Positions 30,884 through 37,894 of a DNA stretch of 37,894 nt are shown one piece after another (position 1 is the stretch's first letter; every line of letters begins with the position of its first letter). The notes beneath the pieces are model-generated. The model saw nothing but the letters and a program-made list of their open reading frames with translations. It ran no database searches and had not been told where the DNA came from. The position numbers and the translations under genes are program-made. The DNA is taken from NCBI GenBank assembly GCA_030039525.1, contig JASHVI010000197.1, forward strand, positions 1 to 37,894. Direction: 5' to 3'. The stretch comes from Thermoplasmata archaeon. Its GTDB lineage: Archaea; Thermoplasmatota; Thermoplasmata; Lutacidiplasmatales; UBA184.

Positions 30884-31603
30884 TCACGGGGCCGGCGCTT
30901 CGCCTTCGGCCATCGCGGGGGCCTCGGGCGGCGAGGGACCGCCCTCGACGGAGGCGCCGGGGGTCTCCTCGGCGGTTGGCTCGTCCGAGATGGTCCCCAG
31001 CACCTCGGAGCACCGGATCTCGATCTTCTTCAGGGGATAGAGGGTCCGGACCCCGTGGGCGAGGAGCTTCGAGAGGTCCCCGCCGAGCATCTCCTTGACG
31101 AACTCCGCGGCGGTGCGCTGCTGCGCCTCCTCGCGCAGGAGCGTCTCCAGGCGGTGGCGGAGCTCCGTGCGCAGGTGGGTCTGGAGCCGCTGCTCGCCGA
31201 CGGCCACCGGCTTCACCACGATCTGCACGCCGTCCTTCGTGGTGACCTCGAGCGAGAGGTCGATCTTCGAGCGCTTGCGCCGGGCGAGACGGCGGACGAA
31301 GTCGCTCGTGAGCTCGTGGCCGATGAACGTCGTCTCGGCGACGTGCTCCCCGGAGACCCGCTCGACGCGGAAACGGAGCTTGATGTGGGCCTTCCCGATG
31401 TCCGCGCCGCCCCCGATCTCCTGGAGGCTCATCTCGAGGGTCCGGCCCACCACCTGCTCGGGCTCCGAGGCCATCGTCTCCCCGAGCTCGGCGTGCTGGA
31501 AGACCCCCGGCGCGCGGACCTTGAACCAGTGCTTGGAACGCCACTTGTCCTTGACGGTCCGGGCCAGCGGCGCCTTCTTCGCCGGGGCCTCCTTGTCGGC
31601 CAT
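30884..31603 (-). CDS. rps3ae: 30S ribosomal protein S3Ae (eS1)
   Basis: From ATG 31603: MADKEAPAKKAPLARTVKDKWRSKHWFKVRAPGVFQ...GRTLEMSLQEI... is the characteristic eS1 N-terminus (KDKWKxKxWYxVxAP). It has an acidic/Ala-Pro-rich C-terminal tail. A TATA-like cttaagtaac lies at about 31631..31640. Confidence 0.9.
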   Translation of the reverse strand: MADKEAPAKKAPLARTVKDKWRSKHWFKVRAPGVFQHAELGETMASEPEQVVGRTLEMSLQEIGGGADIGKAHIKLRFRVERVSGEHVAETTFIGHELTSDFVRRLARRKRSKIDLSLEVTTKDGVQIVVKPVAVGEQRLQTHLRTELRHRLETLLREEAQQRTAAEFVKEMLGGDLSKLLAHGVRTLYPLKKIEIRCSEVLGTISDEPTAEETPGASVEGGPSPPEAPAMAEGEAPAP

Positions 31604-31768
31604 GGGTCGCGCGGCCGCCCACCCGAGTCCGTTACTTAAGACCTCCGACGAGCGCCGAGGAGAACGACGCGGTCCGGCCGCCCGGCCGGGGGAGGCCGGC
31701 ACGTCGCCGGGACCCGCCGGCCGGCGGAGCCATCCCTGGGAGGGGCCGGAACTTCGGGCAAACTATTT

Positions 31769-33340
31769 GTGGCGACCGTCGGTCCGCGCCGCGTGCCGAA
31801 CTCGTCGAGCCCGGCCCGCACCGAACCCGCGATCGGGACCCGCGGAACGGCCGACCAGCTGCTGAAGGCCGGGGCCCGGCCGGAGGCCCCCTCGGAGCGC
31901 TTCCGGGCCGAGATCCTCGGGCTCCTCGCGGCCTCTTCCGGGACCGGACGATCCCGGGAGGACGCCTTCGCCGAGCTCTTCCCCCACACGGTCCTCCCGC
32001 TGAACGTCTCGGAGGACGTCGTCACCTCTCTCGTCTCGGGGGCCCATCTCCTCTTCTTCGGGCCCTCGGGCGCCGGCAAGACCAGCCTCGCCCGCGACCT
32101 CTGGGACCTGTATCCGAAGGGGGCCTGGGTCGTGCCGGGGTGCCCGGTCCAGGACCACCCGCTCAGCGTCTGCGACGCCGCGACCTACGCGAAGTTCCCC
32201 CCCTGCCCGATCTGCCGGCGGCGGTTCGCGCCGAAGGGGGAGATCGGTCAGTTCAACCCCGCGACCGTCGACGCGAAGAACGTCCCCGCGGAGTACGTGC
32301 GCCTCCGGGAGGGCTTCGGCTTCGCCCGGCTGCAGGGGAGCTCGGAGGTCTTCCCCGACCACCTCACGGGCAACATCAACCTCCGCAAGCTCGAGGAGAT
32401 CGGGGACCCGATGAGCCCCCTCGTCCTGGAGCCGGGCAAGCTCTTGCAGGCCAACCGCGGGCTCCTCCTCGTCGACGAGATCGGGAAGCTCCCCCTCGGC
32501 ACGCAGAACGTGCTCCTGCAGGCGCTCCAGGAGGGGACCGTGACGCCGGCGAAGTCCCGGGAGACCTTCCCCGCGACGTTCGTCGCGGTCTGCACCTCGA
32601 ACCTCTCCGACCTCGACAACATCAACGATCCCCTCTCCGACCGCCTGACGAGCCTCCTGGTCGGGTACAACCCGCGGCACTCCGACAACCGACGGATCGT
32701 CGCCATCGGAAGGGCGGGGGACGGCGTGGCCTACGTGCCCGAGATCCTGACCGACGCCGGGGTCCGGATGATCGAGACCTGGCGGAAGAAGGTCTCCGAC
32801 GAGAACCCGGACGTCGGCGAGGTCGGCTCGAACCGGACCCTCCTCGACGTCGCCGCTCGCACCGCGGCGATCGCGACGCTCGCGGGTCGACCGGTCCCGC
32901 TCGAGGAGGACCTGAAGGCCGGCCTCACCCACGCGATGCGCGGACGGATCCGGGCCCGCTCCGGGGACTCGTTCCGCCAGAACGCCGACCGGGTCCGGGA
33001 GTTCATCGATTCGAACCTCCCGGAGGCGCTGAAGCGGAGCGCCGGCGTCTACTGGTGCCGGTACTACAAGGGCGTCCTGAGGGAGAACAAGCCGGAGGCC
33101 GAGGCGCTCGTCGCCGAGGGCCGCCGACTCGGCCAGGACGAGTCGCTCCGCGGACAGGTCGCCGAGGGGGCCGCGGTCTTCCCCCACTTCCAGCCGTTCG
33201 CCAAGTTCGTCTCCGACCGGGAGCGCTTCCCGGGCTCGCTCCGCCCGATCGAGGCCGCCATCGGCACCTTCGGGCTCCTCGAGCGGCACTCGCTCTTCGA
33301 GTGCGCACCGGAGGACGCCGACGACGACCCTCTCCCCTGA
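31769..33340 (+). CDS. AAA+ ATPase of the Mg-chelatase ChlI/BchI-like (MoxR-related) type with a Cys4 insertion
   Basis: Walker A is LLFFGPSGAGKTSLA and Walker B is LLLVDEIGKLP. Also NVLLQALQEG and a sensor-1-like FVAVCTSN. The insert after Walker A (VPGCPVQDHPLSVCDAATYAKFPPCPICRRRF) resembles the CPxxC...C..C insert I recall in ChlI/BchI. The start is uncertain (GTG 31769 or GTG 31793). A TATA-like aaactattt lies at about 31760..31768. Confidence 0.85.
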   Translation: MATVGPRRVPNSSSPARTEPAIGTRGTADQLLKAGARPEAPSERFRAEILGLLAASSGTGRSREDAFAELFPHTVLPLNVSEDVVTSLVSGAHLLFFGPSGAGKTSLARDLWDLYPKGAWVVPGCPVQDHPLSVCDAATYAKFPPCPICRRRFAPKGEIGQFNPATVDAKNVPAEYVRLREGFGFARLQGSSEVFPDHLTGNINLRKLEEIGDPMSPLVLEPGKLLQANRGLLLVDEIGKLPLGTQNVLLQALQEGTVTPAKSRETFPATFVAVCTSNLSDLDNINDPLSDRLTSLLVGYNPRHSDNRRIVAIGRAGDGVAYVPEILTDAGVRMIETWRKKVSDENPDVGEVGSNRTLLDVAARTAAIATLAGRPVPLEEDLKAGLTHAMRGRIRARSGDSFRQNADRVREFIDSNLPEALKRSAGVYWCRYYKGVLRENKPEAEALVAEGRRLGQDESLRGQVAEGAAVFPHFQPFAKFVSDRERFPGSLRPIEAAIGTFGLLERHSLFECAPEDADDDPLP

Positions 33341-33503
33341 CCGCCCGATCGAGCTCCCCGACTGCTCGCTCTACCCCGAGGACGTCGGCCTCGAGGACCT
33401 CTTAGAAGGCATCGATCGGGCCCGACTCACCAAGATCCTCGCGGAGGAGGGGATCGACGGGGCCCACCGTCTGATCGAGGAGGAGGCCCGGAGGGACCCC
33501 GCG

Positions 33504-35135
33504 ATGGCGGACCGGTTCCGGGCCCTCCGGGACCGGCTGCGACGCCAGGCCCAGCGACGGGTCTCGCGGCTCGCCGGGGAGTACGAGCGTCGGCAGGAGG
33601 CGCTCGAGGTCGTCTCGCGGAACGAGCAGGCCCGGCTCGACGCGGAACTGAAGGCCCTCGAGGAGCGCCTCGAGCGCTCCCGGAAGCTCGACCTGTCGAG
33701 GATCCTCGACGACGCGATGCTCGGGGACCTCTCGAACGCCCTCCTCCTCCCCGACTCCTCCTGGCTGAAGCCCCCACCGCCTCCCTCTCTCTGGGCCCGG
33801 ATCCGGGCCGCCTTCGCCCGTCTCGTGGCCTTCTTCCGGCGGCTCTTCGGCCGCGGGACGCCCGCGCCACCCGAGAAGTCCAAGGGACGCAGCCTCACCT
33901 TCGCGATCCCGACCGGCGCCGGGCGCTCCCTCGGCGCCTCCGAGATCGGGGACGCGCTGGCCCGGCTCACCCCCTCCCAGCAGGAGGAGTTCCGGGGGAA
34001 CCTTTCCCGGACGATCGAGGCCAAGGAGCGGGACGTCCGCCAGGAGGCCGAGGAGAAGCGGAAGGAGGCGGAGCGCCAGCGCCGATCGCTCGAGGCGGAG
34101 CGGGAGGAGGCGAAGCGCCGGGCCGAGAAGGAGGTCGACTCGAGGGTCCGGGAGGCCGAGGCGAAGCGCGTCGACCGGGAGCTCAGGGAGCGGGGGCTCG
34201 TCGCCGAGCGGGAGGGCCAGCTCCAGGTCACCTACGGCCTCGTCGAGCGGTTCGCCCGCCTCCTGCTCGAGGAGGAGAGCCGGGAGCTCGCGAAGGACCC
34301 GAGGCTCTCCCCGCAGGGCTCGGCCTCGACGGGGATCTACGAGAAGGCCCGCCTACTGCGGGCCGACGAGGTCGCCCACCTCGACCTGCCGTCCTCGGTG
34401 GTCGCGGCCCGCCTGCAGGGCCTGAAGCACATCGACGAGACGACCAGTTTCATCTACCGGGAGGTCACGAGCGAGCGGGTCCACGTCGTCCTCGCCTTCG
34501 ACAAGTCCGGCAGCATGGCGGAGGGGGAGAAGCTCCCCGCCGCCAAGAAGGCCCTTCTGGCCCTCTACGTGGCGATCCGCCGCCGCCACCCGGACGCGAC
34601 GATCGATGTCGTCGCGTTCGAGAACGAGGTTCGGGTCCTCGACCTGTTGGAGCTGTGGGAGTGCTCCCCCGGCGCCTTCACCAACACCGCCGAGGCGCTC
34701 CGGACGGCCCACCTCCTCCTCCGGTCGACCCGCGCGAGCCGCAAGGAGGTCTACCTGATCACCGACGGTCTTCCGGAGGCGTACACCGACGAGGACGGGC
34801 GGGTCCGGGCGGGACAGCTCGAGGTCGCCCTCGACCGGGCCCTCGAACGGGCCGGGGAGCTCGCGACGGTGAAGCCGCTGAAGGCCTGCCTCATCCTGCT
34901 CCGCTCCGAGCACCCGGAGTACGAGGTCGCCGCCCGGAAGCTCGCCGAGCGGCTGCAGGGGGAGCTGGTCGTCACCGACCCGAAGCACCTCGGCGTCGAG
35001 CTCCTGATCCGCTGGATCGGCGGCACGGAGACGATCCGCAAGGCGCCCCAGGTCCAGGCGCTCCCGGCTCGGAGCGCCGCCGCGCCGGCCCGGACCGGTC
35101 GACGCCGCAAGGCCGACCGTCGGATGGGCGGCTAG
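33504..35135 (+). CDS. Coiled-coil protein with a C-terminal von Willebrand factor A (VWA) domain
   Basis: The N-terminal about 300 aa are Glu/Arg/Ala-rich heptad-like (RQEAEEKRKEAERQRRSLEAEREEAKRRAEKE). The C-terminal domain has a complete MIDAS: VVLAFDKSGSM (DxSxS), FTNTAEAL (T), YLITDGLPE (D). Confidence 0.85.
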   Translation: MADRFRALRDRLRRQAQRRVSRLAGEYERRQEALEVVSRNEQARLDAELKALEERLERSRKLDLSRILDDAMLGDLSNALLLPDSSWLKPPPPPSLWARIRAAFARLVAFFRRLFGRGTPAPPEKSKGRSLTFAIPTGAGRSLGASEIGDALARLTPSQQEEFRGNLSRTIEAKERDVRQEAEEKRKEAERQRRSLEAEREEAKRRAEKEVDSRVREAEAKRVDRELRERGLVAEREGQLQVTYGLVERFARLLLEEESRELAKDPRLSPQGSASTGIYEKARLLRADEVAHLDLPSSVVAARLQGLKHIDETTSFIYREVTSERVHVVLAFDKSGSMAEGEKLPAAKKALLALYVAIRRRHPDATIDVVAFENEVRVLDLLELWECSPGAFTNTAEALRTAHLLLRSTRASRKEVYLITDGLPEAYTDEDGRVRAGQLEVALDRALERAGELATVKPLKACLILLRSEHPEYEVAARKLAERLQGELVVTDPKHLGVELLIRWIGGTETIRKAPQVQALPARSAAAPARTGRRRKADRRMGG

Positions 35136-35247
35136 CGGTGGTCCGCCCGGGGACCTCGCCCCCGACCGGGAGGCCCGGGAGACGTCCCTTTCCGCTCCTC
35201 GGGCAACTTTATGCGGCCCCCCCGGCTGTTTCGTCGGGGAGGATCCG

Positions 35248-35703
35248 ATGACCGACACCCCCGAGCAGGCCGAGCTGCGGCGCCACCTGAGCGAGCTGAG
35301 GAAGGCCGCGCACGCCGTCGGCCGCGACGTCGCCCTCCACGTCGAGGACCTGAAGAACATCGACCAGAAGATCGAGCGTCTCGGCCACCTCGTCGGCAAG
35401 GAGGCGAAGTACGCGGCCTGGGAGATCGAGGACGACATCACGGCCCTGGGCCGCGGGCTCGGCAAGGACCTCCGGGCGCTCCCGAGCGCGATCGCCGACG
35501 GGGCCGAGGCCGCGGGCACCGCCGTCGCGGGGGCCGTCAGCACGGCCGCCCGGGCCACGGGGGAGGCGATCTCGAACGCGGGTCATCGGGCCTCCGAGGG
35601 CACGAAGAACGCGCTGGCGAGCGCCGCCGGGGTCCGGCGGACCCCGATGAAGGAGTGGCACCCGCCCTCGCCGGCCGCGGAACGGCCGGCGGACGACGAC
35701 TAG
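35248..35703 (+). CDS. Hypothetical alpha-helical, Ala-rich protein
   Basis: The ATG is preceded by the SD-like ggggagga (35237..35244) and a TATA-like aactttatg (35205..35213). The sequence has an amphipathic helical character. I recognise no family. Confidence 0.5.
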   Translation: MTDTPEQAELRRHLSELRKAAHAVGRDVALHVEDLKNIDQKIERLGHLVGKEAKYAAWEIEDDITALGRGLGKDLRALPSAIADGAEAAGTAVAGAVSTAARATGEAISNAGHRASEGTKNALASAAGVRRTPMKEWHPPSPAAERPADDD

Positions 35704-35799
35704 TCCATCGGCCCCAGCTCGGTCGCGTCCCGACGGGGCTCCCGGCGGGACCCGGGCTGCGGGCGCGCCCCCGCGCGCGGGAGCCTCGTCCGCCGGAGC

Positions 35800-36165
35800 C
35801 TATTCCTCGGGCACGAGCCAGAGGACGTTCCCGTCGGGGTCGCGGATCTTCGAGACCCAGCCCCAGGGGCGCTCGGTCGGCGGCTGGGCGAAGGCGACGC
35901 CCCGCTTCTGGAGCTTGGCGGCCGCCTTCGCGAAGTCGGAGTCGACGGTGAGGAGGATCCCGGTGTCGGTCTCGGCCTTCGAGGGGCCCTGGCCGTCCTC
36001 GGCCTCGCAGAGGTGGAGCTGCATCCCCTTCTTCGGGTAGCCGACGACCGTCCAGTGCTCGTCGTCGTCGGCGATCTGCTTGAACCCCAGCTTCTCCTGG
36101 TACCAGCGCGCGCTCTTCTTCCGGTCCTTCACGACGACCGCGACCGAGACGGGACGGATCTTCAT
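35800..36165 (-). CDS. VOC (glyoxalase/bleomycin resistance) family protein
   Basis: VAVVVKDRKKSARWYQEKLGF ... IRDPDGNVLWLV. Its ATG overlaps the methyltransferase stop (ATGA). Confidence 0.85.
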   Translation of the reverse strand: MKIRPVSVAVVVKDRKKSARWYQEKLGFKQIADDDEHWTVVGYPKKGMQLHLCEAEDGQGPSKAETDTGILLTVDSDFAKAAAKLQKRGVAFAQPPTERPWGWVSKIRDPDGNVLWLVPEE

Positions 36166-37052
36166 CGCTCCCTCGACCGCTCGACTCGTCGCGCGCGGTC
36201 ATTACGCTTCCGAGCCTCGGCAGGGCCGGCCCGCCCGAGCCGCTCCTGGGCGACCCGAAGGTACTCGGCGTCGAGGTCGAAGCCGACGAACGGGACCCCG
36301 ACGCGCACCGCGGCGACGGCGCTCGCCCCGATCCCCACGAACGGGTCCGCAGCGAGCCGGATCCGGCCGACCCCGTGGAGCCGGTAGCACCACTCCGGGA
36401 GCTCCGGCGGGAAGCTGGCCGGGTGGGGGCGGTCGGAGGCGCGGAAGCGGATCGTCTCGTACGGGAGGAACCAGGTGTTCCCCCGGCAGCGCCGGTCGGC
36501 CCCGGCGGAACGCCACCGGGCCACGTTGGACTTGTCCTGGTACGGGACGCCGATGGCGAGGCGGTCGAGCGGGACCGCCCCGGAGCGGGTCAGGTGGAAG
36601 ATGTACTCGTGGGCGCCGTGGACGTACCGGTCCGAGACGAGCGGCTTGTAGTGGCCGACGGCCAGGTCCCGGTCGAGCCCGGCGGAGCCGCCGACGAAGG
36701 CCCGGTCGATGGCGATCGACTTCACCCAGTGGAGGACGTTCTGGAGCCGGAACCTCTCCGCGAGGACCCGGACCGAGTCCCACGGCAGGAACGGGTCCCT
36801 CGGGGAGCCGCCGAGGTTGAAGAAGATCGAGCCCTCCGGGGCGAGGGCGTGGTCGAGGGCGTCGCGCACCTCGGCGAGGAAGCCGAGGTACTCGGCCCGG
36901 GGCCGGTCGTCCTCGTAGGCGCCGTACGGGACGCCGAGGTTGTACGGCGGCGAGGTGACGACGACGTCGACGCTCCCGGCGGGAAGCGCCCGGAGCCCCG
37001 GCCGGCAGTCCTCAAGGATCAGGCGGACCGAGGGGGCCGGCCCCTCGCTCAC
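36162..37052 (-). CDS. Beta-class N4/N6 DNA methyltransferase (SPPY motif, probably N4-cytosine), no cognate nuclease seen
   Basis: From GTG 37052, which overlaps the TGA of the ATPase gene (GTGA). Motif IV is VVTSPPYNLG near the N-terminus and motif I is ADPFVGIGASAVAA near the C-terminus (order IV then I, so beta class). Part of ORF 36162..37580. Confidence 0.85.
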   Translation of the reverse strand: MSEGPAPSVRLILEDCRPGLRALPAGSVDVVVTSPPYNLGVPYGAYEDDRPRAEYLGFLAEVRDALDHALAPEGSIFFNLGGSPRDPFLPWDSVRVLAERFRLQNVLHWVKSIAIDRAFVGGSAGLDRDLAVGHYKPLVSDRYVHGAHEYIFHLTRSGAVPLDRLAIGVPYQDKSNVARWRSAGADRRCRGNTWFLPYETIRFRASDRPHPASFPPELPEWCYRLHGVGRIRLAADPFVGIGASAVAAVRVGVPFVGFDLDAEYLRVAQERLGRAGPAEARKRNDRARRVERSRER

Positions 37053-37894
37053 CGGGCCGCGGCGGCGATCGGGCGCCCCGGCGTCGGGGGCTTCGCCCGG
37101 TCCCGGTCGGCCCGGGCCTCGGCGAGGGCCTTGTCGGGCTCCTTGTAGTAGAAGGAGACGATCCGCCCGACGTCCCGGTGCGTGAACGGGTGCTGCCGGG
37201 TCGACTGCGCCTCCTTCCACTCGAGGTACTCGAGGATCTCGACGCGCTGCCGGACCTCGCGCTCCATCTCCTTCATCGTGAGGTTCTTCATGATCGCGAC
37301 GCGCTCGTAGACGTAGGAGTGGCCCGAGAAGAGGAAGGTGTCGTCCGGCGGGTTCCACGAGTAGACCGAGTTCGTGATCAGCTCGTTGGTCTCGGGGTCG
37401 AGCCCGACGATCTCCGTGAGCGACTGGACGCGGCGGGTCATCTTGTTCCCGACCTTCACCTGCCGCTGGAGGAGGACGAGGTTGAGCGCGCTCACGAGGG
37501 AGCGCGGCAGCGAGATCGGCGGGTTCTCCATCCGGTGGACCATCGCGGAGACCGACTCGGCGTGGAAGTTCGTGTAGCACGTCTTCCCCGTGGCCATCGC
37601 CTGGAAGACGATGAACGCCTCGGCCCCCCGCACCTCCCCGACCATCAGGTACTGCGGCCGCTGCCGGAGCGCCGCCGCCAGGAGGTCGAACATGTCGATC
37701 TCCCCGGGGGCCTTCCCGGAGACGAGGTTCTTCGCGCCGAAGCCGGCCCGGGTGAGGGACGGGACCCAGTTCTCGTGCGGGAGGTTCAGCTCCCGCGTGT
37801 CCTCGATCGAGACGATCTTCATCTGGGGCGGGATGAACAGGAGCGTCGCGTTCAGCGTGGTGGTCTTCCCGGAGGCCGTCCCCCCGCAGACCAT
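37049..37894 (-). CDS. Type II/IV secretion-system ATPase (archaeal FlaI/ArlI or type IV pilus assembly ATPase), C-terminal 281 codons; the 5' end lies beyond the window
   Basis: Walker A is GGTASGKTTTLNA. Also IEDTRELNL, Walker B/Asp box QYLMVGEVRGAEA and a His box TNFHA. The ORF is open to the right edge. Confidence 0.9.
   Translation of the reverse strand: MVCGGTASGKTTTLNATLLFIPPQMKIVSIEDTRELNLPHENWVPSLTRAGFGAKNLVSGKAPGEIDMFDLLAAALRQRPQYLMVGEVRGAEAFIVFQAMATGKTCYTNFHAESVSAMVHRMENPPISLPRSLVSALNLVLLQRQVKVGNKMTRRVQSLTEIVGLDPETNELITNSVYSWNPPDDTFLFSGHSYVYERVAIMKNLTMKEMEREVRQRVEILEYLEWKEAQSTRQHPFTHRDVGRIVSFYYKEPDKALAEARADRDRAKPPTPGRPIAAAAR

Noticed and set aside
31763-34231. 508-aa minus ORF (31763..33289), 421-aa plus ORF (32140..33405) and 286-aa Ser/Arg-rich minus ORF (33371..34231)
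   Set aside because: They are alternative frames of the AAA+ and VWA genes. The Ser/Arg repeat is the antisense reading of the Glu/Arg/Ala coiled-coil region.

Overview
A 37.9 kb, high-G+C (roughly two-thirds by eye) segment that looks archaeal. The evidence is an eS1/S3Ae ribosomal protein gene, a tRNA(CAU) gene with a 29-nt intron at the canonical 37/38 position, thermopsin-family proteases, a FlaI/ArlI-type secretion ATPase, and TATA-like boxes about 22-30 nt upstream of several start codons (leaderless style). A Thermoplasmata-like acidophile or peptide scavenger is a reasonable guess, but it is only an inference. I saw no rRNA, CRISPR array, transposase or integrase. The window has four parts. 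(1) 0.5-16.4 kb plus 20.5-21.3 kb is a secretome island. It holds two clear thermopsin (A5)-like proteases, a glutamic-peptidase (G1)-like protein, a DUF2341/LamG-type surface protein, and six paralogous secreted, sequon-rich proteins of about 240-300 aa with no function I can assign. (2) 16.5-25.3 kb holds small housekeeping and detoxification genes: an HxlR regulator plus thioesterase divergent from a DHA2-type MFS exporter, DUF1801, two SRPBCC-like proteins, YdeI, a SAM methyltransferase, an SDR, and a decayed gene remnant. (3) 25.5-30.85 kb is the most unusual part. Four toxin-antitoxin cassettes of about 1.2-1.5 kb are stacked against the 3' end of the tRNA gene: wHTH-MNT/HEPN, VapBC plus a LexA-like wHTH, HEPN/wHTH-MNT inverted, and AbiEi-like plus nucleotidyltransferase. 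A directly oriented repeat unit sits at each cassette's tRNA-distal (left) boundary, and the tRNA gene itself closes the last cassette. The unit's palindromic core resembles the tRNA 3' end. This looks like a tRNA-anchored cassette array or serial integration hotspot, with no recombinase gene in the window. (4) 30.9-37.9 kb holds S3Ae, an orphan ChlI-like AAA+ ATPase with a Zn-ribbon insert plus a coiled-coil/VWA partner, and a translationally coupled operon of secretion ATPase, SPPY (probably m4C) DNA methyltransferase and VOC protein. Because of the high G+C, most long ORFs in the track are Arg/Pro/Gly-rich shadow ORFs. I called genes only where the translated sequence has recognisable family motifs or a convincing signal-peptide or paralogue pattern.
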